A model generated the notes under the pieces. It made no database searches and was not told the DNA's origin. It saw only the letters and a list, made by a program, of their open reading frames with translations. Positions 1 through 8,911 of a stretch of 64,000 nucleotides of DNA are shown here, piece after piece; position 1 is the first letter of the stretch; every line of letters begins with the position of its first letter. Made by a program: the position numbers and the translations under genes. Source of the stretch: Planctomycetota bacterium (GTDB taxonomy: Bacteria > Planctomycetota > B15-G4 > JADJEK01); the NCBI GenBank assembly GCA_044225365.1, contig JBGAIQ010000001.1, forward strand, positions 160,001 through 224,000, read 5' to 3'.

Positions 1-910
1 CTATGCGGGCAATCTCGAGAACCTGAAGGACATCGAGAACGATCCGCGCTACCGCTTCGTTCGCGCCGACATCTCGGACGCGGCGGCGATGACGAAGGCG
101 TTCGACGATCATTCGATCGATGCCGTCGTGAACTTCGCGGCCGAGTCGCACGTCGATCGCTCGATCCTCGATCCCGGGATCTTCGTCCGCACGAACGTCC
201 TCGGTACGCAGGTGCTCCTCGACGCGGCGAAGAAGCGCGGAGTCGAACGCTACCTCCAGGTCTCGACCGACGAGGTCTACGGCTCGCTCGGCAAGACCGG
301 CAAGTTCACCGAAGAGACCCCGCTGCAGTCGAACTCACCGTATTCGTCGAGCAAGGCGGGCGCCGACCTGCTCGTGCGCGCGTACGGTCACACCTTCCAC
401 TTCCCGGTCCTGATCACGCGTTGCTCCAACAACTATGGTCCGTTCCAGTTCCCGGAGAAGTTGATCCCGCTGATGATCAGCAACGCGCTCGAGGACAAAC
501 CGCTCCCCGTCTACGGCGACGGCAAGAACGTGCGCGACTGGCTTCATGTCGACGACCACTGCTCCGCGATCCTCGCCGTCCTCGAGCGCGGTCGAGTCGA
601 CGAGGTCTACAACATCGGCGGGAACAACGAAATGGAGAACCTGCGGGTCGTCGAGCTGATCCTCGACGCATTGAAGAAGCCGCGGTCCCTCATCAAGTTC
701 GTCACCGATCGACCGGGCCACGACCGCCGGTACGCGATCGATGCCTCGAAGATGAAGGCCGAACTCGGCTGGGAACCGGCGCGCACGTTCGAACAGGGCA
801 TCGAGGAGACCATTCGTTGGTACCTCGATCATCGAACTTGGTGGGAACGCGTGAAGGCCGGCGAGTACCGAGGCTACTACGAGAGGATGTACGGCAACCG
901 CGACGCTTGA
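1..910 (+). CDS. rfbB: dTDP-glucose 4,6-dehydratase (5' partial)
   Basis: Frame open from the window edge (YAGNLENL); motifs NFAAESHVDRSI, STDEVYG, YSSSK, TRCSNNYGP, DRPGHDRRY. Confidence 0.96.
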   Translation, partial: YAGNLENLKDIENDPRYRFVRADISDAAAMTKAFDDHSIDAVVNFAAESHVDRSILDPGIFVRTNVLGTQVLLDAAKKRGVERYLQVSTDEVYGSLGKTGKFTEETPLQSNSPYSSSKAGADLLVRAYGHTFHFPVLITRCSNNYGPFQFPEKLIPLMISNALEDKPLPVYGDGKNVRDWLHVDDHCSAILAVLERGRVDEVYNIGGNNEMENLRVVELILDALKKPRSLIKFVTDRPGHDRRYAIDASKMKAELGWEPARTFEQGIEETIRWYLDHRTWWERVKAGEYRGYYERMYGNRDA

Positions 911-1042
911 CGCGGTCGTTACGCAACTCCTTGCTGGATCGGCTCAAGTTAAGGGCTTCCAGACACCGAAGAATGACGCGTTCGTTGCAGTGCGGTGCAC
1001 AAGAACACCGCGCCCCAGCGGGCCGAAGCGACGAGTGACAAG

Positions 1043-1933
1043 ATGGATCGGAGATGGTGGAGTCTGCTCCTGATCGTAGTCGCGACCGGATGCCGGTCGT
1101 TCGATGAAGGTCGAGTCGTGCAGGCGCTCAATCAGCGTGGGTTCGGTCGCAAGTACATTGGCGACTCGAACGAGATCCTCACGATCGGGATCGGCGACTC
1201 GATCAAGGTCACCGACGCTCTGATCCCCGAGATCTCGGGTGCCTACACCGTTCGCATGGACGGCGTCATCGAGGTCGATCTCCTGCGCGAGGTCTTCGTC
1301 GCCGGCTTCTCGTCGGCCGAGATCGCGGAAACGCTGAATCAGCGATACAAGGAGTTCTACAAGGACGCCAACGTTCGCGTCGAAGTGATGAACGTGCAGA
1401 GCAAGTTCTACTTCATCCAGGGCGAGGTCGCGCCCGGTCGCCGCGAGTTCAAGGGCAACACCACCGTGTGGGACGCGGTCATGGTCGGCCAGATTCCGCC
1501 GACGGCGGACCTCGCGGATATCCGCGTCATCCGCCCCGATCCCGTTCATCCGCTCGTGATCCCGGTCGACCTCGAGAAGATGCTCTACTACGGCGACGCT
1601 CGCGACAACATCCTGTTGCGCGAGGACGACATCGTCTTCGTCACTCCGAACCTCGCCGGCATCATCAAGAATGCCGTCAACCTCATCCTCGAACCGGTGA
1701 AGCCGATCCTCCAGCTCACCGTCTCCGTCCGCAACATCGAGACGCTGTTCAAGTCCTTCCAGACCGATCAGAACTTCTACGTCGGCGGCGGCAGCAACTC
1801 GAACTTCAACAGTGGCCTCGGCGGTGCCGGCACGGGCTTCTCCACGACGGGCGCCGCCGCGGGTACGGGCGGCAACGGCAAGAACGGCGGCAACGGCGGC
1901 AACGGCTCGGGCAACGGCGGCGGGAACAAGTGA
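1043..1933 (+). CDS. Polysaccharide export lipoprotein (Wza/Poly_export-SLBB family) with Gly/Asn-rich C-terminal tail
   Basis: Start reassigned to ATG 1043, giving signal/lipobox MDRRWWSLLLIVVATGC; IGIGDSIKV..YTVRMDGVI Poly_export motif; QGEV SLBB; NILLREDDIVFV. Confidence 0.85.
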   Translation: MDRRWWSLLLIVVATGCRSFDEGRVVQALNQRGFGRKYIGDSNEILTIGIGDSIKVTDALIPEISGAYTVRMDGVIEVDLLREVFVAGFSSAEIAETLNQRYKEFYKDANVRVEVMNVQSKFYFIQGEVAPGRREFKGNTTVWDAVMVGQIPPTADLADIRVIRPDPVHPLVIPVDLEKMLYYGDARDNILLREDDIVFVTPNLAGIIKNAVNLILEPVKPILQLTVSVRNIETLFKSFQTDQNFYVGGGSNSNFNSGLGGAGTGFSTTGAAAGTGGNGKNGGNGGNGSGNGGGNK

Positions 1934-1940
1934 GCGAGGA

Positions 1941-3713
1941 ATGAGCATGGAACCTCGCACAGGCGGTGTCGGGAGCGGTGAAGTCGACGCGGGCGCGCAG
2001 TTGAAGCGCATCGTGGCGGCGGCGCGCAGCTCGGTGGGCAAGCTCTTCGTCTACAGCGTCGTCGGGCTCATCCTCGGGACGTTCGTGGCCTCGATCCTTC
2101 CCGAACTCTACGAATCGCGCACGCTCGTCCTCCTTCGCGAAAGACAGCTCGTCGAGGACTCGGCGATCCTTCGCGCGATCGAAGACAAGCCGCTCCAGGT
2201 GAAGGAGCAGACCCTCGAAGAGGAATTCAAGTCCTACGGGTTCATCGACCGCGTGCTCGAACGCGCCGGTTGGAAGGAATACCAGGACATCAAGCACCGG
2301 ATGGCCAAACCGGAAGAGTTCGTGAAGGGCGATTCCGTGGCCGCAGCGCGCGCGATCGAGAAGATTCGCAAGCAGGCGCAGGACGATCAGCAGAAGCTGA
2401 TCGAGAAGGTTCGCAAGGACAAGTACTTCAACGTCGGAGTCAACACCTCCGCGGCCGGCGAGCTCCTCGTCAATCTCACGATGAAATGGTTCGAGCCGAA
2501 GCTCGCTCGCGACTTCGTCTTCGAAGCCCGCAAGTACTGGGTCAGCAAGCGCGACGACGAGTACAAGCGCTACTACCGAAAGCAGCTCGAAGACGCCGAG
2601 AAGACACTCGAAGCGCGAAAGAAGGAATACGAACTCGCGACGCAGAACCTCGAGGACTTCTCGAGGCAGAACAACGTGTCGTTCCTCAACAACGAGGACA
2701 ACCCGGACGCGAAGGTGCAGGTCGAGCTCGCGACGCAATTGTCTCAGACGCAGAGTCAGATCGCGGAACTCGAAGTTCGCGTGCGCGCCCTCGAGGAGCG
2801 CAAGGAGCGCACGCCGCCGACGCTCGAACAGTCGACGAAGGAGCCGAATCCCGAGTACGTCATGGTCAAGCAGAGCTACGACCTCGCGGCGGGGGAACTC
2901 GCGAAGCTCTCCGAGCATTACCAGGACAACCATCCGGTGGTGCAGAAGCAGCGTCAGCTCGTCGAGAAGGCGAAGGCTGCGCTCGAGGCGATGAAGGGCA
3001 AGGAGTACAGCGAGACGCAGACGCAATCGGAGCAGAATCCCGAGTACACCGCGATCACGCAGAGTCTCGCGGTCGACGCGCCTCAACTCCAAGCGTTGCG
3101 CGAGCGGGCGGTCAGCATCGAGAAGCAGAAGGCCGAAGTGGTGAAGCGGCTCGAGCAGCAGCCGATGATCCAGAGCATGATGAAGCGATTGAACAATGCG
3201 TTCGAAGTCGCGCAGACGTCTTTGAACGAAGCGATGATCGCGATCAAACCGCTACAGGAAAAGGTCGCGAAGTGGGAGGGTCAATCGGCCGGGATCTTCG
3301 CGGATCCGGAGTCGGACCTGAAGAACACGGGCGCCTACGAAGTCCTCGAGGATCCGTACGAGGCCGGCGACCCCACGGGCATCCCGCGCGCGGCGATCTC
3401 CGTCATCGGTCTGCTCGTCGGCCTCGCGTTCGGCCTCGCGTCGCTGTTGCTCACCGAGATGATGCGCTCGACGTTCGACGAGGCGGGCGAGGCGCAGAAT
3501 GCGCTCGGAATTCCCGTGCTGGCGACGATCGGTCGCATCTCCACGATCCTCGAAGAGCGCCGCGCGCGCTGGCGGGGCATCGCCCGTGCCTTCGGTGTCC
3601 TCATGATCGTCGGTGCGCTCGGAACGATCGTCACGGTCATGGTCGCCGCCCCCGAGAAACTGCCTCCGCTGATGCAGGAGTACTTGAAGAACCTCAAGAC
3701 CGCCCTGCAGTGA
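1941..3713 (+). CDS. Polysaccharide chain-length determinant (Wzz/Wzc N-terminal type, no kinase domain)
   Basis: GAGG upstream of ATG 1941; N-terminal TM then LPELYES; long coiled coil with YQDNHPVV; C-terminal TM and LGIPVLATI motif. Confidence 0.85.
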   Translation: MSMEPRTGGVGSGEVDAGAQLKRIVAAARSSVGKLFVYSVVGLILGTFVASILPELYESRTLVLLRERQLVEDSAILRAIEDKPLQVKEQTLEEEFKSYGFIDRVLERAGWKEYQDIKHRMAKPEEFVKGDSVAAARAIEKIRKQAQDDQQKLIEKVRKDKYFNVGVNTSAAGELLVNLTMKWFEPKLARDFVFEARKYWVSKRDDEYKRYYRKQLEDAEKTLEARKKEYELATQNLEDFSRQNNVSFLNNEDNPDAKVQVELATQLSQTQSQIAELEVRVRALEERKERTPPTLEQSTKEPNPEYVMVKQSYDLAAGELAKLSEHYQDNHPVVQKQRQLVEKAKAALEAMKGKEYSETQTQSEQNPEYTAITQSLAVDAPQLQALRERAVSIEKQKAEVVKRLEQQPMIQSMMKRLNNAFEVAQTSLNEAMIAIKPLQEKVAKWEGQSAGIFADPESDLKNTGAYEVLEDPYEAGDPTGIPRAAISVIGLLVGLAFGLASLLLTEMMRSTFDEAGEAQNALGIPVLATIGRISTILEERRARWRGIARAFGVLMIVGALGTIVTVMVAAPEKLPPLMQEYLKNLKTALQ

Positions 3714-4996
3714 GGCTTCTCTTCCTCTGTCACCGGATCCCGTTTCCGCCCGACAAAGGCGACAAGATCCGTTCGTACCACGAACTGGCGTACCTCGCGG
3801 CACGGCACGAAGTCGACCTGTTCACGCTGATCGACGACATCGCCGATCACCCGCATGTCGAGTCGCTACGGCGAATGGTCGCGGAGATCCACGTCGTTCC
3901 GCTGCGGCGCTGGGCCGCGGCCGCTCGCGCGGCTCGAGCGCTCGCGACGGGTGGGTCGCTCTCCGCCGCGCACTTCGCCGAGCCCCGGCTCTTCCGGCTT
4001 CTGCGCGAACGGATCGTCGCCCGAGGCTACGATCTCGCATTCGTCTTCTCATCCAACATGGCGCCCCTCCTTCCATCGACGTCGCACGGAATTCGGCTCC
4101 CCCGAGTGCTCGATTTCGTCGACATCGATTCCGCGAAGTTCACGTCCTACGCCGCGGAGGGCCGCGGGATCATGCCGTGGATCCACGGGGTGGAGGGCCG
4201 GCGGCTGCGGGAGCTCGAGCAGCGCGAATCGGAGTCCGCCGAGGCCACGGTCGTATGTTCGGTCCGGGAAGCGGAGGAACTGCGTACCTTCGCGCGTCCC
4301 CGCCGCCTCGAGACCATTCCCAACGGTACGGACACGCAGTACTTCGCGCCCCAACGCGACGCGGCCGCGGCGAATGCGGTGGCGCCGTGCGACATCGTGT
4401 TCACCGGCGCGATGGACTACCGGGCGAACGTCGATGCCGTCACCTGGTTCGCGGACGCGATCCTCCCCAAGGTGAGAGCGGTTCGCCCCGTGACGACGTT
4501 CTCGATCGTCGGTTCGAATCCCGTTCGTGAGGTCGTCGCACTCGGCGAGCGGCCCGCGATCACGGTGGCGGGTCGCGTTCCGGACGTGAGGCCGTATCTC
4601 CACTCCGCGAAGGTCGCGATCGCTCCACTCCGCGTCGCGCGCGGCATCCAGAACAAGGTGCTCGAGGCCCTCGCCTGCGGTGTCCCCGTCGTCGCGACCG
4701 GGGCGGCCCTCGGCGGCGTTGGTCGGGCGAGCGCGCCGGGCGGTAACGTCCCCGGATCGATCCGCGCGGACGATCCCGACGCCTTCGCCACGGCGATCGT
4801 CTCGCTGCTCGACGATGGAGAGCGCCGCGCTCGCCTCGGCCGCGAAGGTCGGGATTACGTGGTCGCGGAGTATCGCTGGGAGCGTACGCTCGAGCGTCTC
4901 GAAGCGGTCCTGGTCGAAGTCGCGTCAAGCGGTGCGGCGTCGAGTTCCGAAGAAAGATCCGGTTCGAGCCGCGCGACGAGGAGCGAGCGAGGATGA
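3710..4996 (+). CDS. GT4 glycosyltransferase resembling the PEP-CTERM/XrtA-associated sugar transferase (TIGR03087-type)
   Basis: GTG start overlaps the upstream stop; N-terminus LLFLCHRIPFPPDKGDKIRSYH; FTGAMDYRANVDAV; ARGIQNKVLEALA. Confidence 0.9.
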   Translation: MRLLFLCHRIPFPPDKGDKIRSYHELAYLAARHEVDLFTLIDDIADHPHVESLRRMVAEIHVVPLRRWAAAARAARALATGGSLSAAHFAEPRLFRLLRERIVARGYDLAFVFSSNMAPLLPSTSHGIRLPRVLDFVDIDSAKFTSYAAEGRGIMPWIHGVEGRRLRELEQRESESAEATVVCSVREAEELRTFARPRRLETIPNGTDTQYFAPQRDAAAANAVAPCDIVFTGAMDYRANVDAVTWFADAILPKVRAVRPVTTFSIVGSNPVREVVALGERPAITVAGRVPDVRPYLHSAKVAIAPLRVARGIQNKVLEALACGVPVVATGAALGGVGRASAPGGNVPGSIRADDPDAFATAIVSLLDDGERRARLGREGRDYVVAEYRWERTLERLEAVLVEVASSGAASSSEERSGSSRATRSERG

Positions 4997-6462
4997 TCGG
5001 CAAGGTCGAGACGGCCCAACTCGGAGGCGAGGTCGAAGGCGGAGTCGCCTCGGCCGCGTCGTCGGTCGTCGGGGACGCAATCGGCCATGGATCGCCTCGC
5101 GAACGCAAGCGCCTCGCGGTGCTGGTCGTCGCCTTTCACTTCCCGCCGATCGCCGCCGCGGGCACGCACCGCACATTGAACTTCGTCCAGCAACTGGCGA
5201 AGCTCGGTCACCGCCTCGGCGTCGTTACCACGGGAAGCACCTCGGGCTTCCGGAACGAATCCGCGCTCCTCGAACGCGTGCCGGCCGAGGTATGCGTCGC
5301 GCGAGCGTCGCACGTCGATCCGTTCCTCCTGCTGCATCGCCTTCGCGGCGGCGCGAAGGCGAAGGCGGGTGACGAATCGGGAGCGAGCCCTCCGGCGGGC
5401 GCGCCGTCGATTCCGCGCGGCGTCATGGGAACGGTGCTCGACTACATCAGTCGGCTCGCGGACGTCCCCGATCGCTACGCGTCGTGGATCGTTCCGGCCT
5501 TCGTCCAAGGTGTCCTCCTCGCCCGGCGCATCGACGCGCAGGTCGTCTATTGCACGGCGCCGCCGGCCTCGGCGCACTTGGCGGGAATGCTCATCGCGGA
5601 CGTGCTCGGATTGCCCTTCGTCGCCGACTTCCGCGACCCATGGGCGCTGAACCCGTTCCGCTCGGTGCCCTACAGCTCGCTCCGCGAGATCGACGATTGG
5701 CTCGAGAGTCTCGTCATCGAACGCGCGCGCCGTGTCATCCTCAATACCCCGCTCGCGGAACGCGACTACGTCGCTCGCTACCGCGATCCTCGGAAGTTTC
5801 TATCGATCCAGAACGGGATCGCTCCCGACCTCTTCGCTCTGCCGCGCGGCGAGCCGTCTCCCGGCGATCGCGTGCGACTCCTGCATGTCGGGTCGATCTA
5901 CGGCCGCAGGTCGCCCCTGCCCCTCGTGCGAGCCCTGAAGCGACTTGCACTCGAACGACCCGAGATTTCGAATCGCCTCGGCATCGAGCAGATCGGTCCA
6001 GTCGAGGATGGTGGAGCGCTCGAGCGTGAGCTGCGGGCGTGTGGCGTCGCCGAGCGATTCACGATCCATCCCTCGGTAAGTCATCGCGAAGCGTTCCTCG
6101 AGACGACTCGCTCCCACGCCCTGCTCCTGCTCGGCGTGTCGGGCTCCTCGCCCGAGGTGCAGGTGCCCGCGAAGCTCTTCGAGTACCTGGCGGCGGATCG
6201 GCCGATCCTCGCGCTCGCGAAGGAGAAGGGCGCGATCGTCGCCACGCTCGAGCGAGCCGGCGCGGACTACCTCGCGGCGGATCCGGACGACGAACAGGCG
6301 ATCTACTCGGCCTTGATCGGTCTGCTCACGAGGATCGAGAGCCAACGTGCGGAACGGACTCCGACCCAAAGGGTCAAGGGCGAATCGTTCCGCTACGAGG
6401 ACCTCGCGCTGCGCCTCGAGGACGTTCTCCAATCGGTCGTGACGGGAGGGCGCGATGCGTGA
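4993..6462 (+). CDS. GT4-family glycosyltransferase
   Basis: FHFPPI..GTHR, ADFRDPW, HVGSIYGRR, PAKLFEYLA; coupled to neighbours by overlapping start/stop. Confidence 0.85.
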   Translation: MIGKVETAQLGGEVEGGVASAASSVVGDAIGHGSPRERKRLAVLVVAFHFPPIAAAGTHRTLNFVQQLAKLGHRLGVVTTGSTSGFRNESALLERVPAEVCVARASHVDPFLLLHRLRGGAKAKAGDESGASPPAGAPSIPRGVMGTVLDYISRLADVPDRYASWIVPAFVQGVLLARRIDAQVVYCTAPPASAHLAGMLIADVLGLPFVADFRDPWALNPFRSVPYSSLREIDDWLESLVIERARRVILNTPLAERDYVARYRDPRKFLSIQNGIAPDLFALPRGEPSPGDRVRLLHVGSIYGRRSPLPLVRALKRLALERPEISNRLGIEQIGPVEDGGALERELRACGVAERFTIHPSVSHREAFLETTRSHALLLLGVSGSSPEVQVPAKLFEYLAADRPILALAKEKGAIVATLERAGADYLAADPDDEQAIYSALIGLLTRIESQRAERTPTQRVKGESFRYEDLALRLEDVLQSVVTGGRDA

Positions 6463-7789
6463 CCTCATCGTCTTCGCGATCATCTTCGGAACGTTGCCGT
6501 TCGCCTTCGTGCGGCCCTACTACGGACTCCTGCTCTACAACTGGCTCGCGTTCATGCGCGCTCCCGACCTGTGTTGGGGGCCAGCGAAGACGTTCCGCTT
6601 CTCGCTGATCGTCGCGGCCGCGATGTACTCCGGATGGCTGCTGTTCGACAAGCGCCCATTCATGCGCGCGAATCGACGCAACACGTACATGCTGCTGCTC
6701 GCGGTCTGCGTATCGATCTCGTGGATGATCGCGCCGATCAAGGACGACTCCGTCAACAGCAAGATGTCGGAGTTCCTCAAGGTCATCGCCGTCGCTGTGT
6801 TCACGACCGGGCAGATCGATACCAAGAACCGAATCCAGACGATCGTCTGGGTCAGCATGTTGTCGTTCGCGTTCTACGGTGTGAAGGGCGGGATCTGGGG
6901 GCTCATCCTGCGCGATGCGCGCATCATCCGCGGTCCGGGCGGTCTGCTCCTCGACAACAACGACTTCTCGCTCGCGATGGTGATGAACCTGCCGTTCCTG
7001 CTCTACCTCTCGACGGTGGAGGAACGACGCCGAGTGCGGAACTTCCTGCGTGCCGCATTCGTGCTCACGATCATCACGATCGTCATGACGGGTTCGCGCG
7101 GCGGATTCCTCGCGATGACGTTCGCCAGTTTCGTGATGGTGATGAAGAGCCGCTACAAGGCGGTCGGTATCTCGACCGGTCTCGTAGGTGCGCTGCTGTT
7201 CTTGGTCTTCATCCCGGATCGATATCGCGATCGCTTGATGACTCTGCGCACGGCGGCGACTCAGGACAGCTCGGCCGTCGGCCGTTTGCAGGCATGGTCC
7301 GTCGCGCTTCGAATGATCCAGGACAAGCCGCTGTTCGGGATCGGATTCGCGAACTTCGTCTCCTCGTACGGCAAGTACGAGCCCTACGCGGGCGCACACC
7401 TCAAGCACCGCGTGACGCACAATTCCTATCTGCAGATCTGGGCGGAGTCGGGGACGTTCTCCTTCCTGCTCTTCCTCTGCGTACTCTTCTCGACCATCCT
7501 CGTGTGTCGTCGCATCCAACGCATGGTTCGCGTTCGCGACGGTCCATTCTGGATCCATCAGTACGCCGCCGCGATCGAGGTCTCGTTCTACGGGTTCCTC
7601 GTCGGTGCGACGTTCCTCAATCGAGCGCACTTCGACTTCATCTACGTGATCGCTGCGATGGCGTCGGCGCTCTACCCGATCGCGGTCCAGGAGATCGCAG
7701 CGAACGACAAAGCGACCCGGCCCAATCGCCGCGCGGGGAGCCTCGTCATCACTGGCGGCGATCCGTTCCTCGCTGGCCAACTGCGGTGA
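6455..7789 (+). CDS. O-antigen ligase-like membrane protein (XrtA-associated O-glycosylation ligase, TIGR03097-type)
   Basis: Multi-TM; MRDLI start, DNNDF, TGSRGGFL, PLFGIG, THNSYLQIWAESG Wzy_C motifs. Confidence 0.88.
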   Translation: MRDLIVFAIIFGTLPFAFVRPYYGLLLYNWLAFMRAPDLCWGPAKTFRFSLIVAAAMYSGWLLFDKRPFMRANRRNTYMLLLAVCVSISWMIAPIKDDSVNSKMSEFLKVIAVAVFTTGQIDTKNRIQTIVWVSMLSFAFYGVKGGIWGLILRDARIIRGPGGLLLDNNDFSLAMVMNLPFLLYLSTVEERRRVRNFLRAAFVLTIITIVMTGSRGGFLAMTFASFVMVMKSRYKAVGISTGLVGALLFLVFIPDRYRDRLMTLRTAATQDSSAVGRLQAWSVALRMIQDKPLFGIGFANFVSSYGKYEPYAGAHLKHRVTHNSYLQIWAESGTFSFLLFLCVLFSTILVCRRIQRMVRVRDGPFWIHQYAAAIEVSFYGFLVGATFLNRAHFDFIYVIAAMASALYPIAVQEIAANDKATRPNRRAGSLVITGGDPFLAGQLR

Positions 7790-8901
7790 GCATCCGCGTC
7801 ACCATGCTGTGCGCCGATCTCGCGGTCGGCGGAATCCAATCGATGGTGAACGCCCTCGGTCGGGGACTGAGTCACGGCGAATTCGAGGTGTCGTTCGTCT
7901 GTTTCGACAAGGAAGGCGCCATCGCCGAACACCTCGCGCGCGATGGATTCGAGGTGCGGTTCGTTCCGAGGCGACCCGGTTTCGATCGAGCCCTTCCGAG
8001 GGCACTCCGGAGGACGTTCGCGTCGCTCCGGACGGACATCGTCCACGCCCACAATCGCACGGCCTTGTTCTACGGCGTACTCGCTCGTGGACTGTCGTCC
8101 CACCCTCGACTCGTCTACACCGAGCACGATCGCTCTTTCCCCGAAGTGTTGAAGGTGCGGCTGCTCCACTCGATCCTCGCGCGGCGCATCGATGCCGTCG
8201 CCGCCGTCGCCACCGCCGTCGCGAATGCAATCGTCGCCACCGAGAGGTTTCCCCGCGGCAAGACCGAGGTCATCGTGAACGGGGTCGCCGATCCGGCGAC
8301 GGATCTCTCGCCCGACCAAGCGCGGCGGGAGATCCGCGAGGAATTCGGGATCCCGAGCGGACGGCGTCTCGTGCTGGCGATCGGTCACCTGACACCGGTG
8401 AAGGATCATGCGACGCTGCTCGACGCGATCGCGCGGATGTCGCCGGCGACGCGACCCTTCGTCCTCATCGCAGGAGACGGAGAATTGCGCGAATCACTCG
8501 AAGCGCAGCGTGCGAGTTCGTCGCTGCAGGAGTGCGTTGCGCTCCCGGGATACCGCGCGGACATCCCGCGCCTGCTCCGCGCCGCAGATCTCCTCGTGAT
8601 GCCGAGTCGGTCCGAGGGTTTGTCGCTCGCGCTCGTCGAGGCGGCGGCGCGCGGAGTTCCCATCGTCGCGACCGCGGTCGGCGGCAACTCGGAGGTCGTC
8701 CAAGACGAGGTGAACGGCCTCCTGGTGCCGTCGCGCGATCCGGCAGCGCTCGCGTCAGCGATCGAGCGGCTGTGCGCCGATGACGCGATGCGAGCGCGCA
8801 TGGGGCGCGCGGGGCTCGCGCGCTTCCAGTCACGATTTCGGCTCGACGGGATGATCGCTCGCTACGAAGACCTGTATCGCCGCGTGCTGGCACTCGCGTA
8901 G
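7786..8901 (+). CDS. GT4-family glycosyltransferase
   Basis: GTG 7786 overlaps upstream TGA; DIVHAH, YTEH, KDHATLL, PSRSEGLSLALVEA, TAVGGNSEVV. Confidence 0.9.
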   Translation: MSIRVTMLCADLAVGGIQSMVNALGRGLSHGEFEVSFVCFDKEGAIAEHLARDGFEVRFVPRRPGFDRALPRALRRTFASLRTDIVHAHNRTALFYGVLARGLSSHPRLVYTEHDRSFPEVLKVRLLHSILARRIDAVAAVATAVANAIVATERFPRGKTEVIVNGVADPATDLSPDQARREIREEFGIPSGRRLVLAIGHLTPVKDHATLLDAIARMSPATRPFVLIAGDGELRESLEAQRASSSLQECVALPGYRADIPRLLRAADLLVMPSRSEGLSLALVEAAARGVPIVATAVGGNSEVVQDEVNGLLVPSRDPAALASAIERLCADDAMRARMGRAGLARFQSRFRLDGMIARYEDLYRRVLALA

Positions 8902-8911
8902 GATCGAGACG

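Noticed and set aside
974-989. Sigma54-like promoter TGACGCG-N4-TTGCA upstream of the Wza-like gene
   Set aside because: The invariant -24 GG is GA; cannot be supported without TSS data
2270-3709. Apparent 480-aa N-terminal extension of the GT4 (similarly 6571, 10006, 10779, 12803, 31829)
   Set aside because: Off-frame read-through of the upstream gene; most true starts overlap the upstream stop (GTGA/ATGA), so these are not fusions or frameshifts
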